NCBI RefSeq assembly: GCF_009914755.1
Contig: NC_060928.1
DNA from: the human T2T-CHM13v2.0 reference genome, Homo sapiens
Strand: one strand, 5' to 3'
Length of the DNA stretch: 64,000 nucleotides
Below are positions 1 to 19,467 of the stretch, in pieces. Within the stretch, counting starts at the first letter, position 1. Every line of letters starts with the position of its first letter. The notes below the pieces were generated by a model, which saw only the letters and a program-made list of their open reading frames with translations, did no database searches and was not told the DNA's origin. A program made the position numbers and the translations under genes.

Positions 1-339
1 AATAAGCATATTATGAATGTCATGCTTCATTATTGCTGATGCTGAAGAATCCAGACTGATGTCTTCTAAGAGAATATCCATCAGTAAAGTCAAGAATTGT
101 GTTTCTATTTATCACTTTATTGCCAAAGCTAATTGCTTATGTAAAGATTCCTGTCTTGATGTGAGCTGTTAGCATATTAAAGTATATTTACTGAAATTGA
201 ATCCATAATTTAAATGACATATAATTTAAATACACTTGTGAAAACAAAAAGATAAATTCATTTAAAACAGAATATAATTAAGGGAAAATTTTAATTAAAA
301 AAACACTAATAGCGAAACTGTTTTTTTTCCTAATTTTTA

Positions 340-781
340 TTTTATTGTGGTAAGAGCGCTTAATGTGAGTTCTACCGTCTGAACAAATTTGTAAGGGTAC
401 AGTACCATATTGTTAACTACAGGCACAATTTTATGCAGCCGTTCTCTAGAACTTATTCATCTTGCATACCTATGACTTTATACCTATGGAATAGCAATTC
501 CCCACCATTTCTCTTCCCCTCAGCCCCAGTACCATTCTACTCTCTGATTCCATGAGTTTGACTATTTTAGACACCCCATGGGCCAGACATGATGGCTCAC
601 ACCTGTAATCCCAGCACTTTGAGAGGCCGAAGTGGCTGGATTGCTTGAGCCCAGGAGTTCAAGACCAGCCTGGGCAACATGACAAAACCCTGTCTCAAAA
701 ATAAAATAAATAAAATAAAAAACAGGAAATCTTGCAATATGCAACAACACGGATGAATCTTGAAGACATTATACAAAGTGA
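340..781. mobile_element. Old L1M 3'-end fragments (minus ~340-580, plus ~722-781) around an Alu monomer
   Basis: L1 3'UTR-like motifs (ctctagaacttattcatcttgca; ggatgaatcttgaagacattat) in opposite orientations. Confidence 0.6.
581..722 (+). mobile_element. Alu left monomer (FLAM/AluJ-like)
   Basis: ggccagacatgatggctcacacctgtaatcccagcac...gaccagcctgggcaacat followed by an A-rich tail. Confidence 0.9.
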
Positions 782-1940
782 TTATTTCACTTGGTATGTG
801 TGTATGTTTAGGTATATATACATGTAAGAAATCTAGAATTTCCTAATATTTCCTTTTTACATCTTTATTACATCTTTGATTTTCATCTTTAAAATGAACA
901 TGTAGAGGTAAAAACACAATATGCATATTAATCAGATTGTGTATTTTAATGCCTATGTGTTATAGAAGCCGCCACTGTTGTGAGAGTGTGGGCTTGGGAC
1001 CTGGACTGCCTGGGCATGGATCCCAGCTCTGCCACTTCCTGGCTGTGGGTCATGAGCAAGCCATTTTGTCCTCATGTTTCTGTTTCCTTAGAGAGTTGTT
1101 GTGAGGATAATGAGATGATAGAGGTAAAACACTGAGAATAGTTCTGAACAAAGAGTAGTCACTCAATAAATACTAGCTATTGCTATTAGCTATATATAAT
1201 GAAAATAAAGTTTTACCATCACATTCTCCTTTTGTAGCTAATGGGTTGAATTAATCCAATTTGCACTAATTTGTCAAAAATATCCAAATAGTTTCGCATG
1301 AAATTACTCCCAAAGAAAGAGAACCTTTTATACCAAAGAGGAACGCTTGCACCTTCTTTAGAGATGCCAGTTTCTCTCCGGGAATCTCCTGATTGCATAC
1401 ACTCCAGATGTCATAATTGGTACTGAGAGCTCTTAGAGATATTTCCCTGGTTATTGTTCATACAAAGCTCTGAGAAAGCCCATAGCAAACACTGGCTTCC
1501 AGTGTTCTTCATTATTGATATTGATATTTTGAGATCATGACAAAGGGAGTGTGAGAATGATGATTAATTTACTAATTTTCCTCATTTTATGCTTTCTTCA
1601 GCTCTGTAACCCCAATACCGATTAGCATGCACACACACAAACATACACACACATTTATATCTCACTGCCCACTTAAAAAATGAGATTTATTATATATTCA
1701 TATTGACCTCAGTGTTTATGCTTTTGAGTCCTGTTTTAGGGAAGATTGTTTCAATAATAAAGATGTGCATTCTTATCTTGACCTCCTTTGATGCAGGTGT
1801 ATTCTGGCCCTCTTGATTCTATGATACATGGTACACTAGTCTTCCGTTGAATTTGAATTGTAAAGTAGTTACAATTTAATACACTTATAAATAATGTATT
1901 TATTCATACTATGTAGAGACAGGGACACCATGGATAATTT

Positions 1941-6431
<4,491 letters not shown>

Positions 6432-6530
6432 CACCATGGATAATTTAAATCCACAGATAATTCTCTACCTCAGTTAAAAGTGAGCCTCTTTTCCATTATA
6501 ACTTTTGCTCAGTGAATATGGGGATGATAG

Positions 6531-6848
<318 letters not shown>

Positions 6849-9129
6849 GAGTTTTCTTTCTTTTCATTCCCCCATCCATTAGGATAGACATTTCATAAGA
6901 AATATCCTTGAAGAATATCAGAAAAAAGGCAAAGAATCAAGTGCTTAGTCAATCCTATCAAAACATAAAGTTGGTTGTAAATAATAAAAACAAAACCAAG
7001 TGTATGCATTAAAGCAAATACACCCTTTGGTTTATAAATTCTTTTATTAAGTCAATTAACTCTTCTCTTGCATGCCCTCCCTCACATGATAATTTTATTA
7101 TGAGTAGATAATAGAATGGTTAAGAGCACAGACCCTACAGCCAGAGGGCAAGAAGTCCAATCTTAGCTCCACCACTTGCTTAGCTGCATAACATTCTGTC
7201 ACTTTTTAAACTCTCTACATGCCTCAGCTCCCTCATCTTTAAAATGGGAATAATATTAGTGCCTACCTGTAGGACTGTTGCCTAGCACATAGTAGGCATT
7301 TTAAAAGTGTGTGTCATTATTTCTAGGACTGACAGAAAATGGATCAGCCAAGAGAGGAATTTTTATGCTTCCTAAAATACTGGTCCATGATTATATACAG
7401 AGTTGCTAGAAAAAGCAGCTCATGTGGTTGCCCTGAGCCTGTACCCTGTAGACCTCCAACTACAGGGAGTGTAACTAATCAAGGACCTCAGCTACTGTGC
7501 TCTGAAATCCATAACTACATTTGTACAGAGGTCTCACTTTCTGCCAGCTGCTCCCAGCCAGTAACTAAGTGCTGTGTGAAAACTAAGGGAGGTCATTTCT
7601 GGGAGACATGGGACTCCTCTTATGGTCAACTTTGGCTCAAGTATTCTTTGACATCTTTGTCAAAATTTCTTTATTCTGATGATCAAGCTGGACCTTCCAT
7701 TCCACTTTGTCTTCACTTCACTTCACTTTGTCAGACTTGCATCATGGGCTAATGTCCCTCCAACCTTTCTGCCTCCCTCCCTATTTTATCTCATCTTTTT
7801 AATCCCATCTTGGTGTCTGATTCTTAGAGGACTTGAACTAACACAATCTAGCATTCAAACCACTCTTAGATATGACATCCTATTTTCCACCATATCTCCC
7901 ACCTCTTATTTACCTGTATCTCATACTCTTGGTTTCTGCATGTGCCCAATACCTTCCTGTCTCTGAGCTTTTGCCCATACTCCTTCACTGAGAAAGCACT
8001 CACTACCTGACCAATTTTGCCTGTTGAATCCCACTTTTCATTGATCATGCATCTCAAATGTCCCCTTCTCTAAGCCTTTCAGGGTCCTGTCAGCTGCATA
8101 TATTTTTTTCCCTTCTGTAAACCTCCAGGATTCTTGTTTTTGAACACTTTTATAAGCTTATTAATAGCAAATAAATAAACCTTTTATTTTGAACCTCCAA
8201 AGTGCTCAGCTTGTATAGAATAGGCACTTAATATTTGCAGAATATAATTGAAAAATTGGGGGAATTCTATTCTAGTGAATTTAATTTTTAAAATTCAGGA
8301 TTTCCAACAGCTCACATCCATTCTGCTTGATATAGTAACAATGAACTTGCCTGAATAAAAAAAATATTATATGTATCAAAGCACAGTGCAGAATGTAGCA
8401 TGTAGTAACAATTTTAATATCTGCTTAAAATGCTTCATCAAATTTGGCTATTTTTTTCCGCAAAGGAGTGATTATTTGAAATTCTAAAATAGTTTTGCTT
8501 TGTGTCTGTATACAAATGTGAACTAGGGCACCTGGATAAATAGTTGTAAAGAAATACTTCCTCCTCAAACAAAGGGTCCCTGCCTAAGGGCTAATGAAGC
8601 CAACATCTCTCCTCTTGGGCTCAACTCCAGAAACAGAAAAGGGAGACCTTGCTGTTTCAATGAACTTTTACAGGATGAGGTGTCTGAACAGTAATATGAG
8701 AGTGTATTGATGAGCTCAATATATAATCTTATTTCTTCATGTATCTTATTTCTTCATATATATTTCTTCTTATTTCTTCAAATATTTCTTCATATATTTC
8801 TACATATATGTATGGCATATATGTATGGCATATATGTACATGTATGAATCTTATTTCTTCATACATGTACCAGGCAGTTTCCATTTAATCCTCACAACAG
8901 ACTTATCCTCATATTACAGATAGAACATTGAGGCTCTGAGGGTTTGTGACTTACCCCCAGGTCATGCTCTGGTCATTGATAAATCCTTGAGAAGTTTACC
9001 GTGGGTATCTAAAAGATATGTTAATCATATAAAGTCAATTTCTTCCCCCAACCTTATCCTTACGCTTTTTGGACAATTTCCTTGAGCAATTCAGCCTAAG
9101 GAAACTTGAAGGCAGGGTTTGGCATCTAG

Positions 9130-9230
9130 CCAGGGTACAGCAGCCGTGCCAGCACAGCAGCCTCCGGTCAAGGGTTGTAAGTCATTAACTTGGGTCTCCT
9201 ACCACTTCCGGTTAAGAATGCAACACTCAG
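9130..9230 (+). promoter_or_regulatory. SCOC: SCOC upstream promoter and short first exon ending at 9230 (5' boundary approximate)
   Basis: ETS motif ACTTCCGG at 9204-9211; strong donor CAG|GTGAGA at 9230/9231; 151-nt intron to the acceptor at 9380-9381. Confidence 0.7.
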
Positions 9231-9399
9231 GTGAGAACTTCTCAGGTGGAAAGCAGGAAGAGGGTGGCTAGTGCAAGGATCAGATAGCACCTGCTTGGAA
9301 GTTCACTGATTAATGATTTAACAAGGGCGGTCACATGGGACAACTGCTGCTTTTCTCTGCCCTCATTTTTCTTACTAACAGGTCTGAAAATTGAACAAG

Positions 9400-9469
9400 A
9401 TGGACGGGTCCAGGAAAGAGGAGGAGGAAGACAGCACATTCACCAACATTTCTCTTGCAGATGACATAG
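9400..9469 (+). CDS. SCOC: SCOC alternative N-terminal coding exon (exon 9382-9469): MDGSRKEEEEDSTFTNISLADDI, containing the LIR core FTNI; start of the 122-aa isoform
   Basis: Strong Kozak aagATGg; phase-1 donor G|GTAAGG joins in frame to exon 44899 (D-HSSR); matches the recognised SCOC N-terminus. Confidence 0.92.
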
Positions 9470-12400
9470 GTAAGGAAAAAATGGATAACTTCTCAAACAT
9501 ACATTCAACAACAGCTCAGTTTTTTAAAAATATAACTTTTATTATTTTCAGTATAATGATAAAGCATACTCATTGTAGAAAACTTGAAAAAATATAGTTA
9601 CAAAAACAGGTTTTAATTAAGAGCTGTTTTTCTTTTTCCTTTTAAATTAAGTGATAATTTTAAAGTTGCTGTCATTATATAACATGTACTTTTTAAAATA
9701 AATAAAAACAAAATATTTCCTAAAAGTTCAGGAAACATGATGTCAAAGTTGCTACGAAAACAACCTATAATATCGCCACATTTTGTTCAATTATAGTCAG
9801 TTTCTTTTCTATCTTGTAAAATAATTGTATCATTACTGAAAACTGAACTAGACTATGCTGCAATTAGCTTTAAGGATTATTGCAGAAAATGTCTGATTTT
9901 TAAGGCTAAAGTTTGCTGAATTCAACATGAGAGAAGGAACCAAGTGGGAGAGCAGTTCTAAAATGCTGATGGAAAGGATAACCATGGTTCATTCAACATC
10001 TTGGAAAAAATAGACAGTGCTGAATTGCACAATGTTAACTGGAAACACTTCAAACCTACAAGCACCCAAGTCCTTGGGTGTGTGTGGGGTGTGTGTGCGT
10101 GTGGTGGTTGTTGCTTTCTATCCAAGTTCCTTTAGCGCAATCATAGTATGAAGCCAGCAAGACTGCAGCTAAGCAATGGGGGTTACTAATTTTGATTAAC
10201 AGAGAGCAAGAGCATGAATATTTAACATCAATTGCTCTTTCATACAGCCACGCTTCTCCACTTTCTCCCTAAATGCTTAGATTCAAAAAGCGTCTTTCTA
10301 AAGTGCAGCCAGACAATTAACACAAACCACCAGCCAGACCTAAGCTTCCCTCCTGGCACTGCATAAACATGCTGGGGTCTTTGGAAATCAAAGAGGAGTA
10401 TTTTCAGTCTTTATAAGGGGAGGAAAGGTACGAGGTACTGGGCTGTTGAAGAAATGGGATACCGCTGTCCTTAACATGCTCCCACCAGGGTGTTTTAGAA
10501 AGCAGACAGAGCTGCAGAAGGCAGTGAAGGAAACAAAGACAGGGGAAACCCATGTTTCTTAGCTTCGGGAGGCGAGATGAGCATGCGCATGGGGAGCCCT
10601 ATATGCTGTGGGAGGATGCAGTTCGTAGAGAAAGCTTGCTTGCTTAGAATGTGACTCAGCCCAGAATTTTTTTCTGCATGGGCTGAGCCTGAAAGTGGGG
10701 ACTGTTGGTGGTGCCAGGCCTTTCTACAGCGACTCTCTGACGCACCTCATCACACCCCTTCAACTCTCCCCTCCACGTCTCATCTTCTGCCACTTTCACA
10801 CTTCCAGTGGAGGAAAGAGCAAGAGGGCAGGAAATTTAAGTTCAGGTGTCCAGTCCACTGTTGGCACTGGTTTTGAGAAGGGCTGCATAGGAGCTGCTTG
10901 CTAATGGAGCCTGGACGTGTGGGCATGGGCGCTGAAGAACTAGGAAAGAGTGAGCAACGCTCTCTGGTTGGTAGTGAGAGTGCCGGCAACCACACGAGAG
11001 GACCAACGTCCCCTTGCTCCCAATTGCCGCCTCCTTCTCCTTTGTTAGACTGAGTCACAAAATCTCAGTGCACAAAAGGCCTTTGGAGCTGGTCCAGCAT
11101 AATAACCAGTGGTGGACTCAGGAACTAGTATTAATTTCTGCTGTTTCCATATTTCAAAATGGTAAATGGAAATTGTTCATATATTTGTGATGAAAATGTG
11201 CCAGTTAACAAAGACACCATGTTTCTTTGGCTTTTGGAGACAATTTTATTCATTTGACCTGGTAACACTGGTTCATCTTTGTTAATAAAACGTTCTTGGG
11301 CTTTGATAACTAAAAATAGGAAAACAAATTATTATAAAAAAATGGAGCTTGTTTAGCAGACATCATTCATTCAAATTGTGGAATCCTTGCAAAAGTAAAG
11401 CATTAAAAAGGTATGCTTATATTAAAAGAAAGTTTAGTTCAATTTCTTACTTTTCTTTTTACAATATACATATATGCATACATATGTGTACACATACATG
11501 TGTACATATACATATATATATGTAAGGGAGGCCCAGAGAGTCTAAATGCCTTGCCCAAGAGCACAGAGCCAATTAGAGGCAGAGCCAGACTACCTAGAAA
11601 GGAAGCATTTCTCAAACTCCTATGTTCAATAAATTCATAGAGTCAATATTAAATGCAATAGTTTCAATACATTTACTGGATTCCAGATACAATGCTACGT
11701 CCTTTTAACATCTTATTTCATCTTTACAACATCATCATGATATTATGGTCCTACATTACAGATGATAAAACTGTAGCTCATATTTTTTTAGTAACTTGCT
11801 TAAGGCCTCTCCAGGAAGTGATAGAGCCAAAGTCCCAATCCAAGTCTCCTATGGTTGCGGGCATTCCATCTGAGCACCCTTCTCATCTTACAGTTTCTGC
11901 ATGGATATTGAGTGGCAGTGGCGGTGTTTGTTCATGCTGGGCTTTTTGGTAGATTGTTGGAGCTGGATACCAGAGAAAGCCTTGCACCTTTTAGGGAACT
12001 CTAAAAACTGTAAGGATTATAGGCCCTAATGGGTTGGCCTTGGTGATTGTCCAGAAAGACATCGGCTACTGGATGCCAGCCGAGTGCGGTATTGGAAGCT
12101 GCTGGATACAGAGGCTCTCACACAAGGACCACTTGTTTCTAATTCTGAATAGAAAGGCCTCGAGTCCCCGGCACTGATCCCTGTGTGACTGGTCAGACCT
12201 ATCGCTGTCTCCTTTTACCTCCATCGCCTCCCCCTTATACTGCTTCTTTTCTTATTCAGAGGAAGGCGAGAGAAAGGAGAAGGAAGTTTCTACTAACTCT
12301 TGAGAAGGTTTGTTTGAGGAAAGGATTGAAGGCATTAATCAAACTTTCATTTACTTTGAATTTTATTTATTTAAGTAATTCTACTTCCTGGTAGTATGGA

Positions 12401-12556
12401 GCAGTGAGAACGGGCAATGCCAGTAGTTACTCAAGTCACAAGCCAGTTGTGCTTCATAAATTTACTTGTACGTGAGTTGTATGGATTCAGAACAAATGTC
12501 CCCAAAGAAACATTACAAATGATAGGATTCCAGACCTGTCCATGCCATCTAACCAC

Positions 12557-13097
12557 ATGGCTCCCAAACTGTGTGCCAAGATGCTCCAGGGCACTGCAGC
12601 AAACTCACAGGGGTTCTATGAGGGCATCTCAACCTCTCTCAGACACTGAAAGGACTACTGGCTGGTGGTCACTCATTGTTTCACACTAGATTGAACTATG
12701 TATCTTTCAATGACATCATCTCTTTCAATCCTGGGTTTTCTGCAATTGCTGTGATAAAAAGCAAGTTCTGTATGAAAGTCAATTGTAGAACAGATAATGA
12801 GGGCGGCAGTTTGAGAAGGCTGGAGAAGTTATGCAGTGCCCAACAGGTGCACACATCCCATAAATAAGTGCGTTCCTTTAAGAATGAAATAAAAATATAT
12901 TTTCTTTCAATTTAGGTACAGTAATTTTTTTTAATGGCTACTAGGTTTTTTGGACATAACAATGTTAATAAGATGTTTGGATCTAAACACTTAATATATG
13001 GAACTGTTTGGTGTTTATCTTGGCTTTGGAGTACTGTGAAAAAATTACTGAGACACCAAGGGCACCATAAACTAAGATAGTTTAGGAATCTATGGTC
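12557..13097. mobile_element. Probable old hAT-Charlie/MER DNA transposon remnant
   Basis: Termini ggctcccaaact... and ...agtttaggaatc resemble degenerate hAT TIRs. Confidence 0.4.
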
Positions 13098-13749
13098 TCA
13101 ACTGTACTGTAGCTGAACTGGCCCCACTTCTGGGACCTTAGAGGTGGGAGCCATACAGTGCAGGACAAAAGACATTAGACGGCATTGATCTCTCCTTCCT
13201 TCCTATGCTTCCACTCCCCTGGCTTTGATGCCACCGCACGGCTCAGGTTCCTCTTCAGCCTCTTTCATCTTTCATCTCAGGCTCTTTTGGGAACCTGTGT
13301 CCTCCAGCGTTTCCCTAAGACTCTGTCCTTGGCTACTGTTCTCTCTCTGGACACACGCTCTGGATGATCCTATCTACTCCTAGTTCCATTCTCACCGCCC
13401 GTTGCTATATCCCAGCGACTCTAAAACAGAAATCGCAAATTCAAACACCTTCAGGGCCAGGCAATGTGTATGTGGGAAAGGGGCAATGGTATATCATAAT
13501 TTTTTTCCCCTACTTTTCTAAAACAAGCTATTGACATTTCAATTCTGTTTTTAGTTTATCAAGTTTTTCATCATGCATCTTTTACATATACCAGACATTA
13601 CTCTTACTATGGTTTATTTCACAATGGCATCTCAAGGTTAATTCTTTCAAGGACATGCTTTGTTTGCATGTTAAATTTATGGGAACATTCTTCATTTCTC
13701 ACCATTTTCCTTAGGAGACACAGTCCTCTTGGACTAGATTTCATTTTCT

Positions 13750-14840
13750 ACTTTTTTTCTTATTTACTAAATACAAATAAAAATTGTATATGTTTATGGT
13801 TTATGGTGTACATTATATATATAATGTAGTGGAACGGCCACATATACATATATGTAGTGGAATAGCTAAATCAAGCTAATGAACATATAATTTACCTCAC
13901 ATAGTTATTTTTTTTAGTGGTGAGAACACTTAAAATCTACTCTCTTTGAAATATTTAAGTATACAATATATTGTTTTTAACTATAGTTGCCGTGATGTAC
14001 AAAAGATCTCTTAAATTTATTCATCTTGTCGAATTGAAATTTTGTATCCTTTGGCCAACATCTCCGCAATATCCTCACCCTCCAACCTCTGATAATCATC
14101 ATTGTACTGTCTGCTTCTATGAGTTCCACTTTTTTAGATTCCACATACAAGTGAGATCACATAGTATTTGTCTTTCTGCGCCTGGCTAACATAATGTCTT
14201 CCAGGTTCATCCATGTTGTTACAAATGGCAAGATTTCCTTCTTTTTTAAGGCTGAATTCTTCCACTATATGTATGTGTGTGTGTGAGTGTGTGTATATGT
14301 ATGTATATATATGTGTGTATATATATGTATATATATACACACACACACGCACACACACACACATCACATTTTCTTTATTCATCTGTCGACAGACATTTAG
14401 GTTGTTTCCATATCTTGGCTATTGTGAATTATGATGCAATGAATACGAGCATGCAGATATATTTTCAATATTCTGATTTCAAGTCCTTTGGATATATACC
14501 AGTAGTGGGAGTGCTGGATCATATGGTAGTTCCAGTTTTAATGTTTTGAGGAACCTCCACACTTTTCTATAGTAGCTGTACTAATGTACATTCCCACTAA
14601 CAGTGTGCAAAGATTCCCTGTTCTCCACATCCTGGCCAACTCTTATCTTTCATCTTTTTTATAATAGCCATCCTAACAGTTGGGAGATGTTATCTCATGG
14701 TGGTTTTAATTTGCATTTCTCTGATGATTAGTGGTATTGAGCTCATTTTCATATACCCATTGGCCATTTGTATGTCTTCTTTTGAGAAACATCTATTTAG
14801 GCTCATTACCCATTTTTAAATTGGGATATTTGTTTTCTTG
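13750..14840 (-). mobile_element. L1MA-type 3' end with internal (TG/TA/CA)n microsatellite
   Basis: ttagattccacatacaagtgagatc, ccaggttcatccatgttg, ttgaggaacctccac motifs. Confidence 0.85.
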
Positions 14841-16552
14841 CATTTTCCACTTTTGACTGAAGTAAGGGAACAACATAGTTTACTTTCCTCTTAACTCTGC
14901 AGTAAGAAAACAACAGAGCAATTGTGATGACAGAATGACAACCAACACTGAGCCTTGGGTCCAGCCAGGAGGGTTGAGGGTTGAGGCTCCCTGGAGAGCA
15001 TGTGCCCGGCTCAAAAGGCAGAGCTGCTTTCTGCTTCTGGTTAACTATTGTCATGGAGGGACAGAAATGCAAATAAGTGGAAACTTTAAGAGACACTGAA
15101 TATTTCAATTTTTTGTACAATTTCCTGGTTTTTCCATGTTTTTCACCTAATCCTAGTTTTAAAAACAATAGCATAGAGATCCAAACAAAGCACATCTGCA
15201 GGACAGATGTGACTGCAGAGGAAACTATTTTCAGACTTCTGTTCTCAAATCTTGTCTTCACCTCTCTCCTGAGTTTATGATTCATAATCCAATTGCTTGC
15301 CTAGATATCTCCCAGGTGTCAAATAAACTTACCTTCTCCCCCCAATCTATTCCCACTCCTATATTCATAATTTTAATTAATGGCCCCACCATCCACACAG
15401 TTACGAAAGCTAGAAATCCATATGTCATTCCTTCTTTCTCACAATCTGATCAATCACCAATTCTTGTTGACTTGACCTTGGAAATGTTTCTCAAATAAAT
15501 CTGGCCTTCTCCATCCCTGCCACCACCTCCCTCACCAGGTCCTTATTATCCCCAACACAAACCACAGCACCTGCCTCCCAATGGTTTATCTTATTTCAAA
15601 TTTTATCCCTTCAAATCTACCCTCCACAGTGGCCACATCACTACCTCCGCCTGTAGAGAACAATCAATGCCTCACAGCCCCTGAAGGATAAAGTCCGATT
15701 CACTTAGCATAGCATTGAAGGTCTCCCTTTTCCCAGCTCTCCCTATCTTTTCAGTGTCATTTCCTGCCACACCATTTGAGCTCAGTAGGAGACCCTTAAT
15801 GTTCCCTCCACACAGTGCCTAGTTCATGCCTCTGCATGCTGTGCTGCTTCTCACTTTGGAATAACACTACCCACCTTTCTTTTTGTCTGGTCAATTCCTA
15901 CTCACCCTTTCAGACCCCATTCAGGCAATGCCACCTTCAGGAAGCTTTCCCTGATCTTCCCAGGCTGTGTTAGATTTCCTTTCTCCTTTCTAAGAACCCC
16001 TAACTTATCTCTGTCTGCATTTTTTTTCATAGTATATGAACAGACTATTCAATAGACTGCGAGCTTCTAAAACACAGCCTGGGTTTTCAAATATCTGTAT
16101 TCCCAGCATCCAGCACAAGTTGAATGGCTTAACATCTTTTGATTAAAGAATTCTGATAGAATTTGTGTGTGTTGGGATAAGTGCCAGTTTAGGCAGGCCA
16201 GCCCCTAGCTGAGAGTTGACTCCTAGGGTTGGTTTTCCTAAATTGTCTCTACTTTTTAGACACTTCTTTTCTATTGTCTCTTCTTTCTATCCACACTTCT
16301 GGGTAAGTTTAGTTCTGTTTTCAGAACGCATTTATTGAGCACCTACTGTCATATGCCAGGTAGTAGGCAGGACCTGGTTATTTGAAGAATTGGCACAGGG
16401 GAGTGTGGCAGGAAGGGCTTGAACTTTGAAGTCAGAAATGCCTGGATTTGAATCTGTTAGACTTTGTGCAAGCTATCTGCCATCCCTGAGCCTCCATTCC
16501 CTCAGCTGCAAAATGATCATAAGAGTAAGTCTCAGAATTGATTTGAAGATTA

Positions 16553-17004
<452 letters not shown>

Positions 17005-19152
17005 TCAGTTCTCATGGTAACGACAGTGTCCTGTGGACATGGCGCTGTAAGCTGGGACTGCCTGTTGACGTCCTCCTGATAAGGAAGGGGAGATGGATAT
17101 GAAGGAACTCTTTATACAAGAGCACGATTCTTTTCTGATGAATATAATGAAGCCACTCTTTCCCCTCTTCATGCCGGCCCTCGCCGCCTCCCCGTCGATG
17201 TCCTTCCCATCGCTCCTCTCCTTTATGCCTCAGCCTCCGTCCTGACTCTGCTCTCTAAAACCTCTCCTGAATAATATTCAAAGCTGCGTCTGCGTCTGCT
17301 TTTGGTGTCGGCCAATTAGCCCTCATTGTAAGGTTGTAATATGCTTCCCAGAGAAGTGGCACAATTGTTGTGTGCTTTTATTCAGTGATGCTTCCTACCA
17401 CTATATGGAAAATGTAACAATACCCCCTCACGCCCTGCTGAAAGCAGCCCGGGTTTGAAAAGCTTTCAGAAGGCCATCTGCCGTCCCCTCAGCCAAGCAG
17501 AAGATCAGACACGAGGCCCTGCATTAGTTAGCACTCTAAGTAAAAGGTATCAAGGGTCTGTATTCCTTTTCATCTCATCCTCCATTATAATATGGGCTAA
17601 AGAAGGAAATAGACTTGTGGCTCCCCAGCTGAGAGAACACTGAGCCATAGCAGGAGTCTTGTCGGTGAAAAGGGAGCAGGCCTTTCTTTTCTGATATGAA
17701 TGGAGCCAGTGTTTGCAGCCAGCGCCATGCTCCCAAGTGTCTGCCAAGCGGCCATTGCCAGCTTTGCTGGGTTACACTGGACATCTTGGGAGACAACTGC
17801 GCAGATGAGAGTCCCAGAGTGGGGACATGGTTAAATAAGTACACAAGGAAGTGGCGAGCGCTGGCTGAGCGTGTTCTGGTCAGGACTAGAGAACCCCCTG
17901 CCACCAGTGCCATTTCTCTTTACACCCTCCAATGAATTTGGCTATGAATACTAATTTAAAAGATTATTCCCATATCCTTAAGGGTATTGAAAAAGATCAT
18001 CTCTAGTATGTTGGAAATGTTGTTTTTAGTGAAATCAAACAAGTATGTTAATTGCACCAGCAATGGCAAAAAGTTTCAGCAAATCTTAATTGGCATTTGG
18101 GATCCATATAAGTATGGATAATGCCATTGGCAGAGTAAAATATCTGTTCCTGTAAGCTAAAGATAATATGGACAGTGGCATTAGGAATACCTCCCCTGGC
18201 CCAGCAAAATGCCTTAGAGACTTAGCATAAGAGATTCAATAAGAAAAAGGAGATTAACTCTGCTTCTCAGCAGCTTCTGGGAGTGGTATGGCTCTAGGGT
18301 CACCAGTGTATTGCTAGAAATTGTAAGTGCTCTTTCTGCAGAGAAATCTTCAATCAGAAGAAATCCACTTAACTGAAATAAATGATCTAGCATAAAGCAA
18401 AAACTAGTTTCAGTAAACAAGCTTAAGAAATGGCATGTTAGCGCAGTATCTAATGTTTTCAGTAATCGAGAGTGTTCTCTAATTTTCTCAGCAAAGGATA
18501 AGTCGTAATATTTTGACTCTTCCTTTCAAAGACAAAAAACATCCATTGGTTGCCTATATGTTTTTTCTACGTCATTAGAATAAGCACAAAAAAAGGGAGG
18601 GGGGCATTAGAATTTTCTCATGTTAAATTTGTACAAAATCCTTCATAGTTATGGTGAATTTTTTCCAGGGAGAAATCCAGAGGAGATCCTGAAAATCAGG
18701 GGTGAATTTTATTTACCTGAGCTCATGAGCTAATAAGATGCTGACCTGTCTCAAGTCTGCATTCCTGAAGAGGGGCTGACACAGGGCCCTTCATTTCACA
18801 AAGGCTCCAGTTGGATGGGAGCAGCTTTGGACACACTTTCCCTCACAGGCTTCCTGCCTGCTTGACTTGTTCAGAATTTCAGGGTCAAAGCCTGGTTTCC
18901 TTAGAGAACTTAAGGGTTCCTTTGGCCTTCAAAGATAGTCTGGGTACAGAGAGAAGGAGGACACGGGCCCCAAAAGAACAGGACAAACCAGATGAATCAG
19001 CTTCTATTGGGCTCCACGAGCCTAGAAATAAACATTTTAAATGATCCAAAAGCTTTATAAGTGACACTGCTGAAACAATATATCCACCAATCACAGAATC
19101 AAAGTTATTGTAAAAACTGCTCCAGAAAGAGGTGTTTTGCTTTCCTAGATAG

Positions 19153-19467
<315 letters not shown>

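Noticed and set aside
340-781. Second possible inverted L1 around the Alu monomer
   Set aside because: Orientation switch is visible but no TSD was found, so a single event cannot be supported
8727-8862. Repeated atcttatttcttcat / tatgtatggcata units
   Set aside because: Low-complexity slippage with no regular spacers; not CRISPR-like
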